DNA of 64,000 nucleotides from Candidatus Eiseniibacteriota bacterium (GTDB lineage Bacteria > Eisenbacteria > RBG-16-71-46): the NCBI GenBank assembly GCA_963744995.1, contig CAVUWA010000010.1, forward strand, positions 384,001 to 448,000. The letters are read 5' to 3'. Below, piece by piece: positions 55,486 to 64,000 of the stretch. Position numbers and translations under genes: made by a program. Every line of letters begins with the position of its first letter. Positions within the stretch are counted from its first letter, which is position 1. The notes beneath the pieces are model-generated. The model was not told the origin of the DNA and did no database searches. It saw nothing but the letters and a program-made list of their open reading frames with translations.

Positions 55486-57472
55486 CTACTTCAATATCTC
55501 GACGCTCTCGATCCGGTCGCCCTGGACGATGCGCCACACCACGTCCATGCCGCGCACGACGCGGGCGAAGATCGTGTAGCGCCCGTTCAGGTGCGGCTGC
55601 GGCGACTGGGTGATGAACCACTGGCTGCCGCCCGTGTCCTTGCCCGACAGCGCCATGCCGACCATGCCCGCGTCGTAGCGCAGCCGGTTGTATTCGCAGC
55701 GGATCGTGTAGCCGGGCCCGCCCCAGCCGGTCGCCGTCGGGTCGCCGTCCTGGATCACGAAGTCCGGCACGACCCGGTGCACGATGCAATCGTGGAAGTA
55801 AGCGTCTTGCGAGAGGCGCACGAAGTTCGCCACCGTCTGCGGCGCGGCCTCCGTCTCGAAGGCCCATTCGATGTCGCCCTTGCTCGTGTGCACGATCGCC
55901 CCGCGCACCGCGGGCGGCGCTCCGAAATCGGGCGGGTAGGCCACCGGCTCGGCCGGGACGGCCGCCGCGTGCCGAATGCTGTCCGCGGACGCGGCGCCGC
56001 CGATCGTGCGCAGCGCATCGAGGATCGCGCGTGCCGGCGAAGGGTCGCGATCGTTCGCGTGGGCCCGGTACGTCACGAGCAGGGAGGGCACGCTGGCCGT
56101 GTCCGCCAGCTGCTCGATGGCCGCGGCCGTCGCCTCCACCACGATCGGATCGAGGTCGTAGAGATCCGGCCGCAGCACGGCCGCCAGCGCAGCGATCGCC
56201 GCGCGCGGCGATGCCGAGCGCCGCCGCGATCCGCTCGGCGCGGGAGCCATGCCCGGTCAGCCGGTCGACCAGCAGCGACGCGAAACGCTCCCCGGGCAGC
56301 GTCGCGGCCGCCTCCAGGACGTCACTGCGTACGAACGGCCAGAGGTCGTCGAGCAACGGTGCGACGTCCGGCCAGGCGGCCGCGCCGAGCTGCTGGAGCA
56401 GGGCGACGCCCGCCGCGCCGCGGGTCGCCGGGTCCGGATCGACGAGGCGGGCGCGCAACGAATCCAGAGCGGCGCGGCGCGAGGCGCTGTCCGCGGCCAC
56501 CAGAACGAAGCGGTCGCCCAGGGCCTGGGCGGCCACGAGGCGCACGTACGGGTCGTCGTGTCCCAGCTGACGGACGAGCGCCGGCGCGCAGAAGCTGCAG
56601 GTCGAGTCGGCGCCGAAGCGCAGCGCCCGGATCACGTTGATGCGCACGGCGACCGACGGATCGTCGATCATCTGCAGCAGGTAGCTGGTGGCCCGCTCGG
56701 ACTTCTCGCGGCCGAGCGTGCGCGCCGCCTGCGCGCGGACGCGCGCGTCGTCGTCGTCCTGGTGCAGGGCGGCCACGAGGACGATCTGATTCGGCGCGTC
56801 GATCTTCTCCAGGGCGTAGAGCACCTTCCATCGCACGTCGGGGTCCGGATCGTCGTGCCGCTCGAGCAGCCGTCCCAGCGCGGTCGAGTCCGCCAGCCGC
56901 CAGAGCGCGACCGCGCTCGTCGCCCGCAGCAACGCGACGTCGCTGCGCAGGAACGCCATCACCCGTGGCGTGCTGCGCTTGTCGCCCAGTTTGCCCAGCG
57001 CCTCGAGTGCGAGCTGCACCGTTTCGCGATCCGGATCGTCGAGCGCCTTTTCGAGCGCCTCGCGTGCGGAGCGATCACCGATCTGCCCGAGCGCGAACGC
57101 CGTCTCGCGCCGCACGGCCGGCGCCGGGTCGGCCAGCAGCGGCAGCAGATCTGCGACCGCGGTCGAATCCTGAAGCCGCCCGACCGCGAGCACGGCGCGC
57201 GCACGGGTCTCGGCGTCCTCGTGCGTCAGGTAGCCGCGCAGGACGCCGTCGTTCCACTCGCGCCGGTCTTCGGCGATCGCGATCGAGCGCCGGTCCGCGG
57301 GCGCGATGGCGGCGTGCACCGCGCCGGCCAGGCACGGCACGCCGGCGAGCCACGCCGCGAGCGCGACCGCCGCGGCGCGCGCACGCCGCAGTCCGTGCGG
57401 CCGGGCCGCGGCGGCGGCGGGATGAAGTGGACGGGAGTGCGATGGACGCGGCGCGGGCCCTTCGATCGACAC
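55486..57472 (-). pseudogene. Exported HEAT-repeat plus cyclophilin-type peptidyl-prolyl isomerase, frameshifted near 56190
   Basis: AAGGAG RBS with GTG 57472; HEAT repeats (VRRETAFALGQIGD) in one frame up to ..AARGD, continuing in another frame as ALAAVLRPD... then HRVVPDFVIQDGDP, GMALSGKDTGGSQWFI..PHLNGRYTIF; may be a sequencing error. Confidence 0.85.
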
Positions 57473-57611
57473 GATTCGCTCCTTGCTCGACTTTCGACGG
57501 ACCGGCCGCCCCGGGCCGGGCCTTCACCGGCGCAGCGTGGAACGCATCGCCTCGGGCCGTCAAGAGGCGCGGGGCCCGCACCGCGATCCGGCGCACCGGA
57601 CCGCGCCGCCG

Positions 57612-60600
57612 TCAGGGCGTCGCGGTCTCCGACTCGAGCGTGCCGCGCCGCGGCCGCCTGAGCTTCGCGAGCCGGCTTTCGATCATCGCGCGCGACGTGC
57701 CGTTGCTCGCCAGCAGCCGGTAAAAGTAGACGCCGTTCGCGAGCTTGTAGCCCTCGGCGTCCGCCCCGTCCCAGTGCAGCTGATGATAGCCGGGGGCGAG
57801 CCCCTTCTCCTTGCGCTCGTAGATCAGCTTGCCGTTCACGGTGTACACACGGATCAGCACGTCGGCGGGAGCGCCGCTCACCAGCGTGAACGAGAAATTC
57901 GTGCCGATCGCGTCGTCCTGGAACGGATTCGGGAACGCGAACGCGTTCTGGATCCGCAGCTCGTCGCCGCCGACTTCGACCCGGAACAGGTGCGTCCGCG
58001 AGGCGCCGCCGGTCGCGGAGAGCTGCACCACGTACTGGTCGATCGGCAGCGGATCGTGGGTCCAGGCGAGCAGCCACTCGCGCCCCGAGGCGTCGCCGGG
58101 GTCGGGCGTCGCCGTGAAGGCGACCGGCGCGCCGTTGACGGTCAGGGTGAGATCGTTCGCCGGAACGAGCGGGCTCGGGCTTTGCACGAACAGCGTGAGC
58201 GCCGCCGTCGGCGCGACGGGATCGCCGTCGTTCACGGTCTGGCCGTCGGCGCGCAGCAGGGTCGTGAATGCGAACGCGGCGTCGAACGTGCGCGAGATCC
58301 CGTAGCGGTCCACGGTGACGAAGTCCCAGTTGAACGTCTCGGGCGTGAGCGTGGTGTCGACCCGCACGTCGTAGACGCGCCCGCCGTGACTCGCGGCCCC
58401 CGTGTCCGGGAACGCCGGCGTGATCGTGTAGCGCGCGGGCGACAGGGTATCGGCGCCCGCGGAATCCGCGCGCACGACCGTGATGGATGCCAGGGCCGCA
58501 TTCGAGACCAGGCGCGCCTTGAGCGTCACCGCCGGACCCGGCGTGTGCAGCCGGATCGGGGTGCCGTCCACGGCCGGCACGTCGTTCGCGGTGACCGCCG
58601 CCTGCGGCGGGCCGACCCAGAGGCGCGTCGCCGGATCGCCGAGCAGCGTGTAGGTGAGACCGACGCTGCTCTCGTAGCTGCGGCTCTGCGGCACCCAGCG
58701 CAACGTCGCGAGCGCGGCGACCTCGCCGATCAGCGGCCGCGCACCGTCGCCGCTCGGACCGCCGCGCGGCGGGTCCACGAACAGCGCGCGGGCGAGCTCG
58801 ACGTTGATGTGATGGCTGCCGTCACCGGGGATGATCTCGTAGCCGCTCGAGCCGTAGGAGGCGATCGCGCCGCGGCCGGGCAGCGTCACCATTTCCTCGC
58901 CGAGCGACGCGCCGAACGGACCGGCCTCGTAGTCGCGCGCGAAGCTGTTCGGGTGACAGGAAAAGGCCGAGAAGAAGAACAGCTTGCCGTCGTTTGCGAA
59001 GCGCGACTTGTCGTCGTCGCCCGGCAGGTTGCGGTAGACGTCCTCGTGCGCGAGCTCGTGTTCGTTGGAGTGTCCCTGATAGTTCCACCACAGACGGCCC
59101 TCGTTGAGGCGCGTGAACACCTCGGGCGTCACGGTGGTCCGGGTGCGGACCTGGGTCGAGGGTCGGTCCGGCCGGCAGCTGTCGGGCAGGGCCGCGGGGT
59201 CGATGGGCTCGTTGCGGAGCCAGTAGCCCATGTCGAACACCTCGGGCTCGCTCTCGACCAGACCCGCTTCGTCGAGGATCACGTCGTGCACCGTCCGGGT
59301 GAGCTGGAGGAACAGCGCCTCGATGGCCTTCTTGCAGTAGTTGGATGCCACCGAGCCACCGCCGAAGAAGGACTGTCCCGAGTACTGGTCGTCCGAGAGC
59401 AGCAGCATCCTGCGGCGCCAGAGCTGGTCGGGAGCGAAGTCCTCGTAACCGGTGACCTTCGCGATCGTGCTCGCCGCCTCCGTGAGGGAATTGACGGGAA
59501 GTCGCCCGATGAAGATCTCCGGAATGCGGGGCACGGTGGGAATGGTGGCCGGATCGCACTCCACGCAGATCCCGTACCACGGATCGCTGGGAATGCGCTC
59601 CCACAGGATTTCGGAGCCGGTGTTGAACGGCACGGGCCCCGGGATCATGTGCGCCGGAATCCAGTCCGGCCGCGCGGTGCCGGTGAAGTCGTGCGGATCC
59701 TCGGAGCCGTCGCCGATGAAGATCACGAACCGCACGTTCCAGTTCTCGTAGGCGTAGCGGATGTAGTTGCGGATCGCCCACGACGAGTGCCGGCCGCCGT
59801 AGAACTCGTCGTAGATGGACTCGGTCGGCGACACGACCACGCTCATGCCCTGACTGGTGCGCAGCTGCTCGAGCGGCGTGACCGCGCTCAGGAACGCCTC
59901 CGGAACGACGATCAGGTAATCGCCGCTCACGCGGTCGAACAGCCGCCGGCGGGTGACCGCGCTGTAGCGGGCGGACGGCAGCGACCTGGGCGTGTCGCTG
60001 ATCACGTAGCGACGCGGCGTCCCGGTGGCGGTCGAGTCCTGCATGCGCAATCGCCACCCGCCGGCGTCGGGTTCCTTGAGCACCGCCGCGAGGCGCACCG
60101 GGGCCGCGGGATCGGTGACGTCCCAGGCGCCGAGCCGCGCGGAGTCGGCGTAGCCGGTCGCCACGACCTCGAGCTCACCGCTGCCGGCGTCGCTCGACGC
60201 CTCGAGGTAGCCCCTGATCGCCGCAAAGCGCCGCCACCAGGTGATCTCGAACCAGTTGAGTCCGGTGAAGGTGATCCCGTTGTTCGTCGGATCCGGCGCC
60301 GCGCCGGACCGCCGCCCCCATACCCCGAGCCGGTTGGTGGCCCCTTCGCTGAGCGCCCCTCCCGGAATGCCCGTCGTGACCGTGTGCTCCACGCGGTTGG
60401 TCCACGACGCCGTGCTGGAGTCGGCGATCCAGGTCACCCGCGCCGACGGCTGGCCGTAGTGCGCCGTCAGCCGGGCCCACAGGAGATGGCCCACGGTCTC
60501 GCGCCCCACCCAGTTCACGCGCGCGGTGGCGGTCCGCGTCGTGTCGAGGTCGTTGATCTCGAACCCGATCGAGTCGCGCCGGTCGTAGTAGGTGGCGAGG

Positions 60601-61937
60601 TTGGTCCACTGGAACGGATCGACGCGCGACGTGTCGAAGATGGCGTTGTAGGCGCTCAGGTAGTGGAAGTTGCGTTCCCAGCGTCGCGTCCTCGGGTATG
60701 ACGCGAGCGGGGTGAGCCCCACCTGGCCGCGCCAGCCGGAGCGCTTCGCCATGCGCAGGCCCGCGCCGCCCGGCTTGCGCGTCGCGTACACGATTTCGGC
60801 GTCGCCCCAGCTGCGCTGCGCGATCGAGGCGCCGGTGCGCTCGGCCCAGTTCTGCACGTAGGCGAGGATCGCGTCGCCCGTGTCGAACACGCCGTTGCCG
60901 TTCGCGTCGCGCACTTCGACGGGCAGTTCGATCGTCTCGTAAGGCGGCGCGGGCGGAACGGCGGCGGCGAGGAACTCGTGCCGGTGCAGGCTGACCTCGC
61001 CGACCGGCACACCGGCCGGATAGCCCTTCGCCTGCAGCTCGGCGAACGGAAAAGCGTAGAAGCCGGTCGTGTCGACCTGGATGCGCACCTCCGGCGCGTC
61101 CTCGTCGAACGCCGCGCCGCCCTGGAGGCCGGCGGCGCGCGCCGGCTGTCGCCCGAGCAGCGTTTCTCCCGGCAGCGGCCGGTCGAGCAGCGAGCCGGGC
61201 GAGAGGTCGCTCTCCCCGCCGCGCGAGCCGCCGGCGCGCCCCTGCGGCACGCGAAAGCGGCGGCCCTGATCGTAGTTGATGAGCGCGCCCTCGAGCACCG
61301 ACTCCCAGTAGCGGTCGGGGGCGGCGGGCGCACCGGCCGCGGCCGCGCCGCCGACGAACTCCACGCGCACCGTGACGTGGCGCACGATCGTCAGCCGCCC
61401 GGTGGCCTCGTCATAGCGGATCGGCCGGATCGAGACCGCGGCCATGCGCTGATGCCGGAGCACGAACGGCGCGCCCACCTCGACCCGTTCCACCGGCCAC
61501 GGGCCGTCGTAGATCGGCGGGACCGCTTCCATGAACGGCGTTTCGCCGAGGCCCTCCGGATCGGGTCCGATGCCGGGCTTCCCGGCGATCGGCAGGAGCA
61601 GATCCGTGCGCAGCTCTTCCGCGTCCGCCTCGACCACGTGGGCGACCGCCCGCGCGCCGGGGGGAACGGCGATCAGGGTCTGCGCGAAGGGAACGCGCGG
61701 GCGCCCGGGTTCGACCGCGACGGCGAAACCGGGGATCTCGAGGCGCTGCCGGCCCTGCTGCTCCGACGGCACGGCGCGCTCGCCGGCCACTTCCAGGGCC
61801 AGCGTGACACCCCCGTCGTCGGCCGAGACGAGCCGGATCGGGCCCGCGTACACGATCCCCGGCGCCGCCGATGCGACCACGGCGAGGAGCAGGATCTGCA
61901 GCGGCCGCAGCGGTGTGGTGCGGAGGGTCGGACGCAT
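57612..61937 (-). CDS. C25 family cysteine peptidase (gingipain/PorU-like) with propeptide and FlgD-Ig/T9SS CTD
   Basis: Signal peptide; propeptide PGRPRVP; DYLIVVP, IYDEFYGG, IGDGSED, SDPWY, IGRLPV, WNYQGH (His), FSC (Cys), YTLLGDPA; CTD PNPF...YTVNGKLI...WDG.D..G..LANGVYFY. Confidence 0.9.
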   Translation of the reverse strand: MRPTLRTTPLRPLQILLLAVVASAAPGIVYAGPIRLVSADDGGVTLALEVAGERAVPSEQQGRQRLEIPGFAVAVEPGRPRVPFAQTLIAVPPGARAVAHVVEADAEELRTDLLLPIAGKPGIGPDPEGLGETPFMEAVPPIYDGPWPVERVEVGAPFVLRHQRMAAVSIRPIRYDEATGRLTIVRHVTVRVEFVGGAAAAGAPAAPDRYWESVLEGALINYDQGRRFRVPQGRAGGSRGGESDLSPGSLLDRPLPGETLLGRQPARAAGLQGGAAFDEDAPEVRIQVDTTGFYAFPFAELQAKGYPAGVPVGEVSLHRHEFLAAAVPPAPPYETIELPVEVRDANGNGVFDTGDAILAYVQNWAERTGASIAQRSWGDAEIVYATRKPGGAGLRMAKRSGWRGQVGLTPLASYPRTRRWERNFHYLSAYNAIFDTSRVDPFQWTNLATYYDRRDSIGFEINDLDTTRTATARVNWVGRETVGHLLWARLTAHYGQPSARVTWIADSSTASWTNRVEHTVTTGIPGGALSEGATNRLGVWGRRSGAAPDPTNNGITFTGLNWFEITWWRRFAAIRGYLEASSDAGSGELEVVATGYADSARLGAWDVTDPAAPVRLAAVLKEPDAGGWRLRMQDSTATGTPRRYVISDTPRSLPSARYSAVTRRRLFDRVSGDYLIVVPEAFLSAVTPLEQLRTSQGMSVVVSPTESIYDEFYGGRHSSWAIRNYIRYAYENWNVRFVIFIGDGSEDPHDFTGTARPDWIPAHMIPGPVPFNTGSEILWERIPSDPWYGICVECDPATIPTVPRIPEIFIGRLPVNSLTEAASTIAKVTGYEDFAPDQLWRRRMLLLSDDQYSGQSFFGGGSVASNYCKKAIEALFLQLTRTVHDVILDEAGLVESEPEVFDMGYWLRNEPIDPAALPDSCRPDRPSTQVRTRTTVTPEVFTRLNEGRLWWNYQGHSNEHELAHEDVYRNLPGDDDKSRFANDGKLFFFSAFSCHPNSFARDYEAGPFGASLGEEMVTLPGRGAIASYGSSGYEIIPGDGSHHINVELARALFVDPPRGGPSGDGARPLIGEVAALATLRWVPQSRSYESSVGLTYTLLGDPATRLWVGPPQAAVTANDVPAVDGTPIRLHTPGPAVTLKARLVSNAALASITVVRADSAGADTLSPARYTITPAFPDTGAASHGGRVYDVRVDTTLTPETFNWDFVTVDRYGISRTFDAAFAFTTLLRADGQTVNDGDPVAPTAALTLFVQSPSPLVPANDLTLTVNGAPVAFTATPDPGDASGREWLLAWTHDPLPIDQYVVQLSATGGASRTHLFRVEVGGDELRIQNAFAFPNPFQDDAIGTNFSFTLVSGAPADVLIRVYTVNGKLIYERKEKGLAPGYHQLHWDGADAEGYKLANGVYFYRLLASNGTSRAMIESRLAKLRRPRRGTLESETATP

Positions 61938-61946
61938 GAGCCCCCG

Positions 61947-61976
61947 AGTGTATGGACCCCGGACCGGGGGGGTCAA
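61947..61976 (-). promoter_or_regulatory. Sigma70-like promoter for the C25 peptidase gene
   Basis: Minus strand TTGACC-N18-TACACT, 9 nt before ATG 61937. Confidence 0.6.
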
Positions 61977-62060
61977 GATCCGCGCGGGTCGTGCCCGCGA
62001 CCGGGCCGTGATGCTACACTTCCGGGCTCTCGTCCATCGTGAATGCGTTCCGGAGGTGAC

Positions 62061-63509
62061 ATGTCGCGCTCGATCCGTCCGATCCGGCCCCTGCTGGCCA
62101 TGGGTCTCGTCGCCGCCCTGGCGGCCACAGCGGCCGCTTCCGTTCCGCCCCGGCACCCCGCGAAGCCGCCCGCGTCCCTGCTGGCCGCAAAGCCGGCCCC
62201 GGCGCAGGCAAGGCAGGTCGCGCGTCCGCTGGCCGACACCGTGCTCGCCCGCGTCGGCCAGGACCGCCAGATCACGTTGTCGGAGTTCCGGAGTGCCTGG
62301 GCGACGGTGAAACCCCCGGCGCGGCCTGATTCGCTTACCCCGCAGGGAGCGCGCAGGTTTCTGGATCTGCTGATCGGCAAGGAGGCGCTGGGCGAAACGG
62401 CCCTGCGCGAATCGTGGGTGTGGACCGCGGAGGAGAGCGCGCGCTACGAAACCACGAAGGATCGGCTGATGATGGCGCAGGCGCTCGATTCGGCGCTCCA
62501 GGCGACGCAGGCCGCGCGCCTGGCCGAGGGCAAGGACTCGCTCGATGCCGCGGCGCTCGGCACCGTGGCGCGTGACGCAGCCATGGCGCACATGGACATC
62601 ACCTACCGCGACGACGTGCTGCAGCGGCTGGCGAAGGCGTGGGCCGAGATCCCCGCACCGCCGCGCGACTCCGGTCTGTTCGCCGCGATCCGCGCGCTGG
62701 GCCGCGATCCGCAGGTCGGCGAGCTCGACATGCACCGGATCGTGGCCGTCGCCGATGGCGAACCGTTTCCCGTGAAGCGGCTGCTGGACTACTGGAAGCA
62801 CCTGAACCCGCTCGCCCGTCCCCGGATCGAGTCGCCGATGCAGGTGCGCGAGCTGATCTGGAACGCCCTCTACGAGAATCGGCTGCGGCGCCGCGCGCTG
62901 GAACAGGGCTACGACCGTCGCCCGGGCATCGCTGCACGCCTGGCGAAGGAGCGCGAGCTGATCGCCGTGACGCATCTGGTCCAGCGCGAGGTGTACGCGA
63001 AGATCCCGCTCGATTCGCTGACCCTGGCGCGCTACTACCTGGAGAACGAGGGGGCGTGGGACGTGCCGCCGCGCGTGCGATTGCTGCGGCTCGTCCTGCC
63101 CGACCGGGCCCAGGCCGAGGCCATGCTCGAGAAGCTGCGCGATCCCGCCGAGGTCGAGACGCTGACCGCCGAGGCGCAGCGGGTGGGCGTCAGCTACCAC
63201 GCGGAGTACAGCGCCGATACCGACAGCCTGATCTACGCGCGCGGGATGGCGCTCGGCGAGGGCGGCGTGATGGGGCCGGACTCCACCAGCCAGGGCTGGG
63301 CGGTGTCGCGGGTGGTGGCGGTGCTCCCGGGCCGGCCGCGGCCGTTTGCGGAGGTCACCGAGCTGGTGCGCCACGCGGTCTACGGGCAAGAGGGTGAGCG
63401 GTTGATGCAGGAGCTGCTGGAGCGCGTGCGCGCTCAGGTGGGCTCCGTCGTCAACGACCGGGCCCTCGACGCGCTGGTGTCCGCCGGGGATGTCGAGCCG
63501 TCGCATTGA
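62061..63509 (+). CDS. Exported SurA/PpiC-like foldase (parvulin-related chaperone)
   Basis: GGAGG RBS; signal peptide; VLARVG...ITLSEF, FLDLLIGKEAL, YYLEN...PPRVRL, G.V.GP...GW.V.RV, PFAEV. Confidence 0.7.
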   Translation: MSRSIRPIRPLLAMGLVAALAATAAASVPPRHPAKPPASLLAAKPAPAQARQVARPLADTVLARVGQDRQITLSEFRSAWATVKPPARPDSLTPQGARRFLDLLIGKEALGETALRESWVWTAEESARYETTKDRLMMAQALDSALQATQAARLAEGKDSLDAAALGTVARDAAMAHMDITYRDDVLQRLAKAWAEIPAPPRDSGLFAAIRALGRDPQVGELDMHRIVAVADGEPFPVKRLLDYWKHLNPLARPRIESPMQVRELIWNALYENRLRRRALEQGYDRRPGIAARLAKERELIAVTHLVQREVYAKIPLDSLTLARYYLENEGAWDVPPRVRLLRLVLPDRAQAEAMLEKLRDPAEVETLTAEAQRVGVSYHAEYSADTDSLIYARGMALGEGGVMGPDSTSQGWAVSRVVAVLPGRPRPFAEVTELVRHAVYGQEGERLMQELLERVRAQVGSVVNDRALDALVSAGDVEPSH

Positions 63510-63536
63510 ATCAGCGCCGGCGCCGGCCCCGCCGGC

Positions 63537-64000
63537 TCACCGGTAGAAGGTCTTGATCCTTCCCCAGGTGACGTTGCGGACGGGCACCGCCTCGCAGCTC
63601 GCGCCGGAGCCGGCGCCCCACGTGACCCGGTTGCCGTCGCCGGCGGCCGGAACCTCGAAGAAGACGTCGCCCGTGCCCCCCGGGAGCCGCCGGACGAGGA
63701 TCGAATTGAGCACGAGGCACACGCTTCCGCTGCAGCCGGCGCAGGAGCCGGCACCGACCGTCTTGCGATCGTCGAGGACCAGGGCGACGGCGGCATAGGC
63801 CGTCGCCGCGTCGAGCGTGCGGGCGCTCGCCGACGGCACGGCCACGACCACCTTGATGCGCGCCTCGTTCGGACTGCCGCGCGGCATGCCGACCAGGTAG
63901 TCCTGCACGAGGGCGAAGCCCTGCCCACCCCACATGTCGACGCAGCCGTCCAGGCCGGTGAGATCGGCGGATGCGGTGAGCGCGCCCTCCCTGCACCCGC
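63537..64000 (-). CDS. C-terminal part of a Cys-rich protein ending in a TWGRIKTFYR motif (5' end outside the window)
   Basis: Frame open to the window edge (GCREGALTASADLTGLDGCVDMWGG...); KTVGAGSCAGCSGSVCLVLNSI; VPVRNVTWGRIKTFYR-stop. Confidence 0.8.
   Translation of the reverse strand, partial: GCREGALTASADLTGLDGCVDMWGGQGFALVQDYLVGMPRGSPNEARIKVVVAVPSASARTLDAATAYAAVALVLDDRKTVGAGSCAGCSGSVCLVLNSILVRRLPGGTGDVFFEVPAAGDGNRVTWGAGSGASCEAVPVRNVTWGRIKTFYR

Noticed and set aside
57612..63506. 1964-aa version of the C25 peptidase
   Set aside because: The N-terminal extension is the antisense of the foldase gene; promoter and signal peptide place the start at 61937

Overview
A GC-rich (about 70% by eye), gene-dense bacterial chromosomal segment with roughly 50 CDSs. 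I found no rRNA, tRNA, CRISPR, phage, transposase or defence genes. PorV-like and PorU-like (C25) genes, several secreted proteins with FlgD-Ig/T9SS-type C-terminal domains, and a TWGRIKxxY C-terminal motif suggest a non-Bacteroidota FCB-group lineage such as Ca. Eisenbacteria (inference). Housekeeping blocks: Zn-type ABC transporter with metH; two tandem exported M3 oligopeptidases; a thioesterase-E2-lipB-DUF2203-nadA-lipA operon; a glycogen debranching enzyme; an MprF-like synthase with an esterase; and a large nucleoside salvage set (rpiB, add, udk, tdk, BMP/ABC nucleoside importer, purine nucleoside phosphorylase). The best candidate for an undescribed system is the minus-strand locus at about 24.7-39.5 kb. 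It encodes a TonB-dependent receptor with no SusD partner, a PorV-family barrel, two lipoproteins, two paralogous CTD-bearing secreted proteins and a secreted protein built from nuclease-type OB folds with no catalytic domain, directly joined to adenosine deaminase and rpiB. I propose it as a T9SS-coupled nucleic-acid/nucleotide scavenging locus; this is a hypothesis. Two genes carry single-base frameshifts that may be sequencing errors. All family assignments come from motif recognition by eye, not database searches.
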